Assembly (NCBI GenBank): GCA_031364845.1
Contig: JANLWX010000022.1
Location: forward strand, 1-13,884
DNA: 13,884 nt
Direction: 5' to 3'
DNA from: Candidatus Eiseniibacteriota bacterium
Lineage (GTDB): Bacteria > Eisenbacteria > RBG-16-71-46
In this document: positions 1 through 5,914 of the stretch, in pieces
How positions within the stretch are numbered: the stretch's first letter is position 1
Layout of the letters: each line of letters starts with the position of its first letter
The notes under the pieces: model-generated
What the model was told of the DNA's origin: nothing
What the model saw: the letters and a program-made list of their open reading frames with translations, nothing else
Databases searched by the model: none
Made by a program: the position numbers and the translations under genes

Positions 1-2
1 CG

Positions 3-887
3 ACGCGCGACAACGTGGCGCGCGCGATCTACACCGAGGTCCGCGAAGGCCGCGGCTCGCCGCACGGCGGTGTGTTCCTCGATATCGCCTACCTCCCGGC
101 CGAGCGCGTGAGGAAGAAGCTGCCGTCGATGTACCACCAGTTCCTGGAACTGGCCGACGTCGACATCACGAAGACGCCTATGGAAGTCGGACCGACGATG
201 CACTATCTGATGGGCGGCGTGCGCGTCGAGCCCGACACCGCGGCGGCGACGGTGCCCGGTCTGTTCGCTGCCGGCGAAGTCGCGGCCGGCCTGCACGGCG
301 CGAACCGGCTCGGCGGCAACTCGCTCTCGGATCTCATCGTGTTCGGTCGGCGCGCCGGCATGGGTGCGGCACTTCACGCGCGCGGCATGACCGGGAGCCT
401 CGAGATTTCGGAAGCCGACATCGAAGCCGAGATGCGCGACGTGCTCGCGCCGTTCGAGCGCGCGAGCGGCGAGAGTCCGTTCGCATTGCAGCGCGAGCTG
501 CAGCAGTGCATGAGCGCCTACGTCGGCATCTTCCGCACCGAGTCCGATCTCGAAACCGCCGTTCGGACACTCGGTGAGCTCAAGGCCCGCGCGCAGAATC
601 TGCGCGTCGAGGGCGGACGCGTGTTCAACCCGGGCTGGCATCTGGCGCGCGACCTGCGCAACATGCTGGTCTGTTCGGAAGCGGTCGCGCGTTCGGCACT
701 GCTGCGCAAGGAGAGCCGTGGTGCTCATTCGCGGCTCGATCACACGGCGATGAACGACGCGTTCGGAAAAGTGAATCACTGCGCGAAACGCGCGGGCGAT
801 GGGATGAGCGTCGCGCCGACGCCGCTGCCCGAGATGCCCCAAGATCTGAAAGTGCTGTTCGAGGCCGCGAAGGAGATGGCGAAATGA
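3..887 (+). CDS. sdhA: Succinate dehydrogenase/fumarate reductase flavoprotein subunit, C-terminal part (5' end lies outside the window)
   Basis: The frame is open from position 3 (TRDNVARAIY...). Flavoprotein motifs present: PTMHYLMGG, GLFAAGEVAAGLHGANRLGGNSLSDL and RKESRGAH. The stop overlaps the start of the Fe-S subunit gene (ATGA at 884-887). Confidence 0.95.
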   Translation, partial: TRDNVARAIYTEVREGRGSPHGGVFLDIAYLPAERVRKKLPSMYHQFLELADVDITKTPMEVGPTMHYLMGGVRVEPDTAAATVPGLFAAGEVAAGLHGANRLGGNSLSDLIVFGRRAGMGAALHARGMTGSLEISEADIEAEMRDVLAPFERASGESPFALQRELQQCMSAYVGIFRTESDLETAVRTLGELKARAQNLRVEGGRVFNPGWHLARDLRNMLVCSEAVARSALLRKESRGAHSRLDHTAMNDAFGKVNHCAKRAGDGMSVAPTPLPEMPQDLKVLFEAAKEMAK

Positions 888-1699
888 CCGACGCGCGATC
901 GACGCCGCACCAGGCGGCAATGGAATCGACCACCGGAGCCGCGGCTCACGGCGGCCAGCGCGAAGTCACGATGCGCGTGTTCCGTGGCGGGCCCGAAGGC
1001 GGCGAACTCGTGGACTATCAGGTGCCGGTCGAGACCGGCATGGTGGTGCTCGATGCGATCCACTGGATCCAGGGCAACCGCGAGCCGGATCTCGCCGTGC
1101 GGTGGAACTGCAAGGCCGCCAAGTGCGGCTCGTGCAGCGCTGAGGTCAACGGCAAGCCCGCGCTGATGTGCAAATCGCGCATGGATCACATGGCCCAGGG
1201 CGAGCCGATCGTCGTGCGCCCGATGAAGACGTTCCCGGTGGTGAAGGACCTCGTCACCGACGTGCGCTGGAACTACGAGGTCAACAAGCGCATCAAGCCG
1301 TTCACTCCGAAGGCCGGCGCCGAATGGAAGTGGTACCAGCACGACATCGACCGCGTGCAGGAATTCCGCAAGTGCATCGAATGCTTCCTGTGCCAGGACG
1401 TGTGCCACGTGCTGCGCAGCCACGAGCTGAAGCACGAGTTCGCCGGCCCGCGCTTCTTCGTGCGCGTCGCGGGGCTCGAGATGCATCCGATCGACGACGC
1501 GAACCGGCTCGAATATCTCAAGGACAATGCCGGCATCGGGCTGTGCAACATCACCAAGTGCTGCTCGGAAGTGTGCCCGGAGTCGATCACGATCACGGAC
1601 AACGCGATCATCCCGCTCAAGGAGCGTGTGGTCGACGAGTATTACGATCCGCTCAAGATCGTGTGGCGGACGATGACCGGCGGCGGCAAGAAGAGCTGA
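884..1699 (+). CDS. sdhB: Succinate dehydrogenase/fumarate reductase iron-sulfur subunit
   Basis: 2Fe-2S motif WNCKAAKCGSC...ALMC, plus CIECFLCQDVC and CNITKCCSEVCP cluster motifs. Coupled to sdhA by the ATGA overlap. The true start could be a later ATG (920 or 971). Confidence 0.95.
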   Translation: MTDARSTPHQAAMESTTGAAAHGGQREVTMRVFRGGPEGGELVDYQVPVETGMVVLDAIHWIQGNREPDLAVRWNCKAAKCGSCSAEVNGKPALMCKSRMDHMAQGEPIVVRPMKTFPVVKDLVTDVRWNYEVNKRIKPFTPKAGAEWKWYQHDIDRVQEFRKCIECFLCQDVCHVLRSHELKHEFAGPRFFVRVAGLEMHPIDDANRLEYLKDNAGIGLCNITKCCSEVCPESITITDNAIIPLKERVVDEYYDPLKIVWRTMTGGGKKS

Positions 1700-1740
1700 C
1701 CTCGCGGACCGGTCAACGCGTCCGCCAGCATCCGATCGAG

Positions 1741-1768
1741 ACGGGGCGTCCAGAAATGGGCGCCCCGT
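1741..1768 (+). terminator. Stem-loop after sdhB, probable intrinsic terminator or 3' stabilising hairpin
   Basis: ACGGGGCGTCCA-GAAA-TGGGCGCCCCGT: 12-bp stem with one G-U pair and a GNRA tetraloop, 41 nt after the sdhB stop. The U-tract is weak (TTCGTCAT). Confidence 0.7.
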
Positions 1769-1855
1769 TCGTCATCTGGACACTCGCCGCCCGCGTGCGC
1801 GGCCCCGCGCCGCTGCAAGTGCCCTCTACGCGCGCCACGGCGATCTCGTGCTCAC

Positions 1856-1871
1856 CGGCACGGACGATGCT
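1856..1871 (+). promoter_or_regulatory. Putative sigma54 (RpoN) -24/-12 promoter for the small-peptide array
   Basis: CGGCACGGACGATGCT versus consensus TGGCACG-N4-TTGCW. GG at 1857-1858 and GC at 1869-1870 are exactly 10 nt apart. It lies between the sdhB hairpin and the first small ORF. Confidence 0.6.
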
Positions 1872-1973
1872 CTGATGCTCCAACGGAATCGCGAGGCGAT
1901 GGACGCGCTTCACCGGCGCCATCTCACCTCCCCGCCGATCACCCCGCTCCGCCCCCGCAACGGAGTCGTTCCG

Positions 1974-2237
1974 ATGCGCCCACTCGCGTGCCGCATGACG
2001 GTCAGCGCGCTTCTGTTTGCTTCGTTCCTCACACCCGCCGCACTCGCTGCGGATTCGGATACGACCATGGTCCGTCACGGGCCGCCGCGGGCTCACGGCA
2101 GCATCGCCATCGCGTCATTCCGTGTCGGCGCGCGACTCGCGAGCCGCATCCGCTTCCCCGCCGGACTGGGCCTCGGCCTCGCCGTCTGCGCGGCCGGCAT
2201 CGCGCTCGAAATCGACGACTACGTGCGGTCGCGCTGA
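1974..2237 (+). CDS. Small secreted/membrane peptide P1 (87 aa) with signal peptide and hydrophobic Cys-containing C-terminus
   Basis: GGAG at 1962-1965 precedes ATG 1974, which I prefer to the track start at 1848. The N-terminus MRPLACRMTVSALLFASFLTPAALA-A resembles a Sec signal. The C-terminus GLGLGLAVCAAGIALEIDD resembles those of the downstream peptides. Confidence 0.6.
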   Translation: MRPLACRMTVSALLFASFLTPAALAADSDTTMVRHGPPRAHGSIAIASFRVGARLASRIRFPAGLGLGLAVCAAGIALEIDDYVRSR

Positions 2238-2296
2238 GCGCCGCACGCTCTCGCCCCCCGGCAATTCACGCATCACTCAACTGAAGGGAGTGGACC

Positions 2297-2422
2297 GTGT
2301 TTGGAATCGACACGCTGATGGGGAAGCTCGTGTGCGCCTTCGCCACCGGCTTGGGCTCGTGGACCGGCAACCGCGGCGACGCCGCCGCGCTGTGCCTGTT
2401 CATCCAGGCCAACGACCTGTGA
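2297..2422 (+). CDS. Small peptide P2 (41 aa), no signal peptide, C-x19-C-x6-DL core
   Basis: Not in the ORF track; translated by hand. RBS GAAGGGAG at 2283-2290, GTG start, sequence MFGIDTLMGKLVCAFATGLGSWTGNRGDAAALCLFIQANDL*. Codons are mostly G/C-ending like the host genes. Confidence 0.7.
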   Translation: MFGIDTLMGKLVCAFATGLGSWTGNRGDAAALCLFIQANDL

Positions 2423-2441
2423 TTCTCGACGGAGGACTCTC

Positions 2442-2687
2442 ATGAACAAGGAACGCCATTCGATGCGCAGGCTCGCCGCGAGCCTGATGCTGACCGCGGT
2501 ACTCGCCGCCACATCCGTCGTGGTGGCTCACGCGGCCGGCGGCCGTGGTTCCGATCCGGGCGTCGGAGTGAACGGCTTCTGGGGCGGAGTGACCTGCGGC
2601 TTCTCGCTGGTGCTGGCGAAGGCCGACCCGAGTTTCTACGGGAGCGCGCTGCTGATCTGCGCGCGGGTCTTCCTGCTCGACCCGTAA
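2442..2687 (+). CDS. Small secreted peptide P3 (81 aa), signal peptide plus C-x20-C-x6-DP core
   Basis: RBS GGAGG at 2431-2435. Signal-like N-terminus ending VAHA-A. Core CGFSLVLAKADPSFYGSALLICARVFLLDP*. Confidence 0.8.
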   Translation: MNKERHSMRRLAASLMLTAVLAATSVVVAHAAGGRGSDPGVGVNGFWGGVTCGFSLVLAKADPSFYGSALLICARVFLLDP

Positions 2688-2695
2688 TCGATGCC

Positions 2696-2722
2696 GTGCC
2701 GCCCGCCGCGATGGGGCGGCAT
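2696..2722 (+). other. Intergenic stem-loop between P3 and P4
   Basis: TGCCGCCC (2697-2704) pairs with GGGCGGCA (2714-2721), with a flanking G-U pair. It starts 9 nt after the P3 stop. Confidence 0.45.
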
Positions 2723-2762
2723 TCCCACCGGTTCGCAAACCTCCTGAACTCGAGGGGACACC

Positions 2763-2903
2763 ATGAACACTGGAGTCGTCACAGATCTGGGCCGCGGCTC
2801 GGCCATGGGATGTGCGATGGGAGTGGCGATCGGGATCGGTCTGCCGGTCTTCCTCCCGGGCGCCTTTCTGGTCTGCGTCCTGCTGATGATCACCGATCCC
2901 TGA
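2763..2903 (+). CDS. Small peptide P4 (46 aa), no signal peptide, C-x20-C-x6-DP core
   Basis: Not in the ORF track; translated by hand. RBS GAGGGG at 2752-2757, sequence MNTGVVTDLGRGSAMGCAMGVAIGIGLPVFLPGAFLVCVLLMITDP*. It aligns without gaps to the P3 core. Confidence 0.75.
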   Translation: MNTGVVTDLGRGSAMGCAMGVAIGIGLPVFLPGAFLVCVLLMITDP

Positions 2904-2924
2904 GCCGACCGTTGAGCCTGTAAC

Positions 2925-2969
2925 ACCGGCCGGGAAGGCCGGTCTGCCCACCCTGTGGACGGGCCGGCC
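2925..2969 (+). terminator. GC-rich hairpin(s) closing the peptide array
   Basis: GGCCGGTCTGCCCA (2937-2950) pairs with TGGACGGGCCGGCC (2956-2969) with two G-U pairs and one mismatch. An alternative perfect 7-bp stem ACCGGCC/GGCCGGT spans 2925-2943. No U-tract. Confidence 0.4.
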
Positions 2970-3104
2970 CTCGGCATGTCCCTGGGCCGCGCACCACCGT
3001 AGCCCGGGCGACAGCTCGTGCGTGCTTGCCCGGTTTCGGGCGAGCGGGAGCCGCCGGCGCGCTGGCCCTTTCCCCTCCTCACTGAGCACCGCCCTGAGCA
3101 TTTC

Positions 3105-3134
3105 TTCCCATCTCCGCAGGAAACCCGATACACT
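3105..3134 (+). promoter_or_regulatory. Possible sigma70-type promoter for the EEP gene
   Basis: TTCCCA-N18-TACACT, each 4/6 to consensus, in a locally AT-richer patch about 100 nt upstream of ATG 3233. Confidence 0.3.
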
Positions 3135-3232
3135 TTTGCCGGATCCACCCATCGAGACATTTCGCGGGAGCGGCCCAGGCCGCTGCCCCGATGGCCTTGC
3201 CGGCATCGTGATCGTTTTTCTCTGGAGAACGC

Positions 3233-5296
3233 ATGGCCCCCGAAACGGTTCGCACCCTGGACGGCTGCATGGCGCCCGCGCCGATCGCACGCCGCGATAC
3301 GCCGATGCCCCGCGGTCTCGAATCGCGCGCGATTCTCCGCTGGGCCGCGCGCTTCGCCGCGATCGCGATCGTCGGCGTGCTCGCCGCGACGATGACGCCC
3401 TCGCCGGCGCACGCCATCAGGGTGACCGCGTGGAATCTGCTCAACTACCCCAATCTCGACCTTCCGGGCCGTCAGCAGCACTTCCGCACCGTGATGCAGA
3501 ATCTGGACACCGACATCCTCATGGTGCAGGAACTCAAGTCCGCGGCCGGCGCCGATTCGTTCCTGCTGAACGTGCTTCGCGTCGCCAATCCGACACGTCG
3601 CTGGAAGGATGCCGGGTTCATCCTGAGCACCGAGAGCACGATCTACTACGATTCGCTGAAGGTCGCGGTATCCAACCAGACGGCCATCAATACCGGCGGA
3701 CCACGACGTGTCTACCAGCTCGTGGCCCAGCCGCTCGGTTACACCGCCTCCGCCGCCCGGTTACGCGTCTATTCCGTGCACTACAACGCGGGGACGGCCG
3801 ACACCGCGCTGCGCCGCGCCGAGTGCACGAACTTGAGAACGGTCCTCAACAACCAGTCGACGTTCACACCGACGATTCTGGTCGGAGGCGACACGAATTT
3901 CTATGGTGACTGGGAGAGCGGCTATCAGGTTCTTCTCGCCCATCAGGCCGACAACGACGGTCGCTTGAAGGACTCGGTGAGCCTCCCCGGCACCTGGAAC
4001 CAGTTCGCATACCGCTGCTACCACAGCCAGTGCCCCTGCAATTCTCCGGGGTGTCCGTCTGGCTTCTCGGGCGGCGGGCTCGACGACCGCTTCGATTTTT
4101 TCATTTACTCGTATCCCACGCAGGATGGCGAGCAGGTCGATATCCTCTCCCAGTTTCCCTACGGCAACGACTGCTCGCATTTCAACGAGTCCGTCGATCA
4201 GGACGGCCGCAACAGTGCCGTTCCACTCGCGGTCGCGACCGCGCTGCGGCTCGCCTCCGACCATCTCCCCGCGGTCGCTTCGCTGCAGCTTCCGGCGAAG
4301 ATCGCAACCTCGACTTCACAGCTCGATTTCGGAACGGTGCTCATCGGGGCGCCCACGCCGTCGCAGAACCTCACGGTCACGAATGCGGGCACGTTCCTGC
4401 CGATCGACGAACTCGACTACAGCGTCACCATGCCTGGCGGCTTCAGCGGACCCACAGGGCAAACCTTCCAGGCGATCGCCACCAATCCCGGCAACGTGCA
4501 CACGATCACGCTCGATGTCTCGAGCGAAGGCGTAAGAGGTGGAGCGATGGCGATCGCGAGCGATGACGTCGATTCGCTGACCAAGTTCGTGCTGCTATCC
4601 GGAACCGTGCTGCGCCACGCCACGGCGTCGCTCGACTCGAGCGAACTCCGAACAGCGGAGTCGATGACGTTCGGCCTGCACGGGCCGGGCGGGTTCAGCG
4701 ACCTTCCGGTGCGCATCCACAACCTCGGCTACGACGCGCTCCAGGCGCGGCTTTCGGTCTCGAACGCGGTCATCACGGGCGGTGGCGGGCGCTTCACGAT
4801 CGTCGGCGGATTCGCGCCCGGGCTCGTTTCGGGAAGCGCGCGCACGCTCTCGATCCACTTCGACGACACCGGTGCCACGCCCGATCAGTACTACACCGCG
4901 ACGCTCACGATCACCTCGGCCGACGAGCCGCTGCCGGGAGCAACGACGCAGCCCAACATCGTCGTGACGCTTCGCGCGTTCCCGTCGAGCACCACCGATG
5001 CGACCGGCTCCCTGCCCACCGCACTCGCGTTCCTGCCCGCGCGGCCGAATCCGCTCGGCGACGGAACGACGATGCGTTTCGAACTTCCGCGCGCGCAGCG
5101 CGTCTCGCTCCAGATCTTCGATCTGAGCGGCCGCCGCGTGGCGGGGCTGGCCGAGGGTCTGCGCGAAGCAGGACGTCATGACGTGCGCTGGAACGCGACC
5201 GACGACCACGGGGTCCGCGTGGGCGCCGGACTCTACTTCGCGCGCTTCAGCACCCCCGGACTCGAACGCAGCCAGCGCCTGATCGTGCTGCCGTAA
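3233..5296 (+). CDS. Secreted endonuclease/exonuclease/phosphatase (DNase I-like) protein with two Ig-like domains and a C-terminal FlgD-Ig/T9SS-like domain
   Basis: GGAG RBS before ATG 3233; signal region ending PAHA-I. EEP catalytic motifs TAWN, DILMVQE, SVH, GGDTN, DRFD and SDHLP. Two beta-rich repeats (LDFGTV...LTVTNAG; MTFG...VRIHNLG) resemble choice-of-anchor D/ASH-type Ig folds. Tail PNPL...FEL...VSLQIFDLSGRRV...W...G.RVGAGLYFAR. Confidence 0.88.
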   Translation: MAPETVRTLDGCMAPAPIARRDTPMPRGLESRAILRWAARFAAIAIVGVLAATMTPSPAHAIRVTAWNLLNYPNLDLPGRQQHFRTVMQNLDTDILMVQELKSAAGADSFLLNVLRVANPTRRWKDAGFILSTESTIYYDSLKVAVSNQTAINTGGPRRVYQLVAQPLGYTASAARLRVYSVHYNAGTADTALRRAECTNLRTVLNNQSTFTPTILVGGDTNFYGDWESGYQVLLAHQADNDGRLKDSVSLPGTWNQFAYRCYHSQCPCNSPGCPSGFSGGGLDDRFDFFIYSYPTQDGEQVDILSQFPYGNDCSHFNESVDQDGRNSAVPLAVATALRLASDHLPAVASLQLPAKIATSTSQLDFGTVLIGAPTPSQNLTVTNAGTFLPIDELDYSVTMPGGFSGPTGQTFQAIATNPGNVHTITLDVSSEGVRGGAMAIASDDVDSLTKFVLLSGTVLRHATASLDSSELRTAESMTFGLHGPGGFSDLPVRIHNLGYDALQARLSVSNAVITGGGGRFTIVGGFAPGLVSGSARTLSIHFDDTGATPDQYYTATLTITSADEPLPGATTQPNIVVTLRAFPSSTTDATGSLPTALAFLPARPNPLGDGTTMRFELPRAQRVSLQIFDLSGRRVAGLAEGLREAGRHDVRWNATDDHGVRVGAGLYFARFSTPGLERSQRLIVLP

Positions 5297-5300
5297 GACC

Positions 5301-5335
5301 GCGCCGGGTGCTCGCGCCTCGCGAGCGCCCGACGC
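5301..5335. terminator. Stem-loop between convergent genes, possibly a bidirectional terminator
   Basis: CGGGTGCTCGCG-CCT-CGCGAGCGCCCG (5305-5331), 12 bp with one G-U pair, extendable by GCG/CGC. No U-tract. Confidence 0.5.
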
Positions 5336-5359
5336 TGCCGCGCTCGATCGCCGGAACGC

Positions 5360-5566
5360 CTATGGCGCTTCGGGCTCCGACTTCCGCTCGTACCCGCCGC
5401 ACTCGATGACCGGCAGCGCCGGATACTTGGGGAATCGGGGATCGACGGCCGAGAGCCCGCACAGGAGAAACACGCTGCGCGGTGTCTCGATCCGCCTCGA
5501 GTGCCGGCAGGTGAGGCACAGCCCCACACGCTGAGCGCCCGCTTTCGGCGGGTTCGACTCGCTCAC
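5360..5566 (-). CDS. Small hypothetical 4-Cys protein (68 aa), probable metal-binding
   Basis: C-terminal part of track ORF 5360..5842, with a likely GTG start at 5566. Sequence includes GLCLTCRHSRRIETPRSVFLLCGLSAVDPRFPKYPALPVIECGGY, giving CxxC-x15-C-x19-C. I recall similar DPRFPKYP.LPV..C hypothetical proteins but cannot verify this here. Confidence 0.7.
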   Translation of the reverse strand: MSESNPPKAGAQRVGLCLTCRHSRRIETPRSVFLLCGLSAVDPRFPKYPALPVIECGGYERKSEPEAP

Positions 5567-5689
5567 CGGCTGCGCCGATTGCCGCAGCCGCGGGGGTTCA
5601 CGCCCAGCCCGCTGCGCCCGCGCGAACGTCCGGCCCGCATGAGATCCGCCAAACCGTGTGCGGGCAACGGCAACCCATCCGACCACCCG

Positions 5690-5705
5690 GGGCACATCGC
5701 TTGCG
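5690..5705 (+). promoter_or_regulatory. Putative sigma54 -24/-12 promoter
   Basis: GGGCACATCGCTTGCG = GGCAC-N5-TTGC. GG at 5691-5692 and GC at 5703-5704 are 10 nt apart; the site is 60 nt upstream of ATG 5765. Confidence 0.6.
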
Positions 5706-5764
5706 TAGTGAAACAGCATGGGACGCCGCCGTCCGGCTGCGCCACCGCAACCACCGGGGCCACC

Positions 5765-5914
5765 ATGCAACCGATCCTTACCGGCCTCACCATCGTGCTG
5801 ATCTTCGCGGGCGCGTTCACCGCGCGCGACGTCGTGCGCCACGAAACGATCCTCGTGTCGTCACTGGGATTGATCCTGATCGGCATCGCGGTACGTCAGC
5901 GCTTCAAACGCTGA
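5765..5914 (+). CDS. 49-aa membrane microprotein with two hydrophobic segments and a basic tail
   Basis: MQPILTGLTIVLIFAGAFTARDVVRHETILVSSLGLILIGIAVRQRFKR*. GGGG RBS-like run before ATG 5765, host-like codons and an upstream sigma54-like site. Overlaps the otsB 3' end by 11 nt. Confidence 0.6.
   Translation: MQPILTGLTIVLIFAGAFTARDVVRHETILVSSLGLILIGIAVRQRFKR

Noticed and set aside
2442..2687. Gly-Gly motifs in P3 (AAGG, FWGG) as a double-glycine bacteriocin leader
   Set aside because: The N-terminus is a basic-hydrophobic-AxA Sec signal, not an ELSxxEL-type leader, and no C39 peptidase transporter is in the window.
2904..3232. 329-bp intergenic region as a riboswitch or ncRNA
   Set aside because: Only generic GC-rich hairpins are visible, with no aptamer or tRNA signature I can recognise. 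An Rfam scan would be needed to say more.
2400..3481. ORFs 2400..3290 (-), 2636..3481 (-), 2017..2445 (+), 2696..2923 (+) and 3022..3909 (+) over the peptide array
   Set aside because: Low-complexity Arg/Pro/Gly translations. The small + strand ORFs have good RBSs, host-like codons and a shared motif, so they explain the region better.
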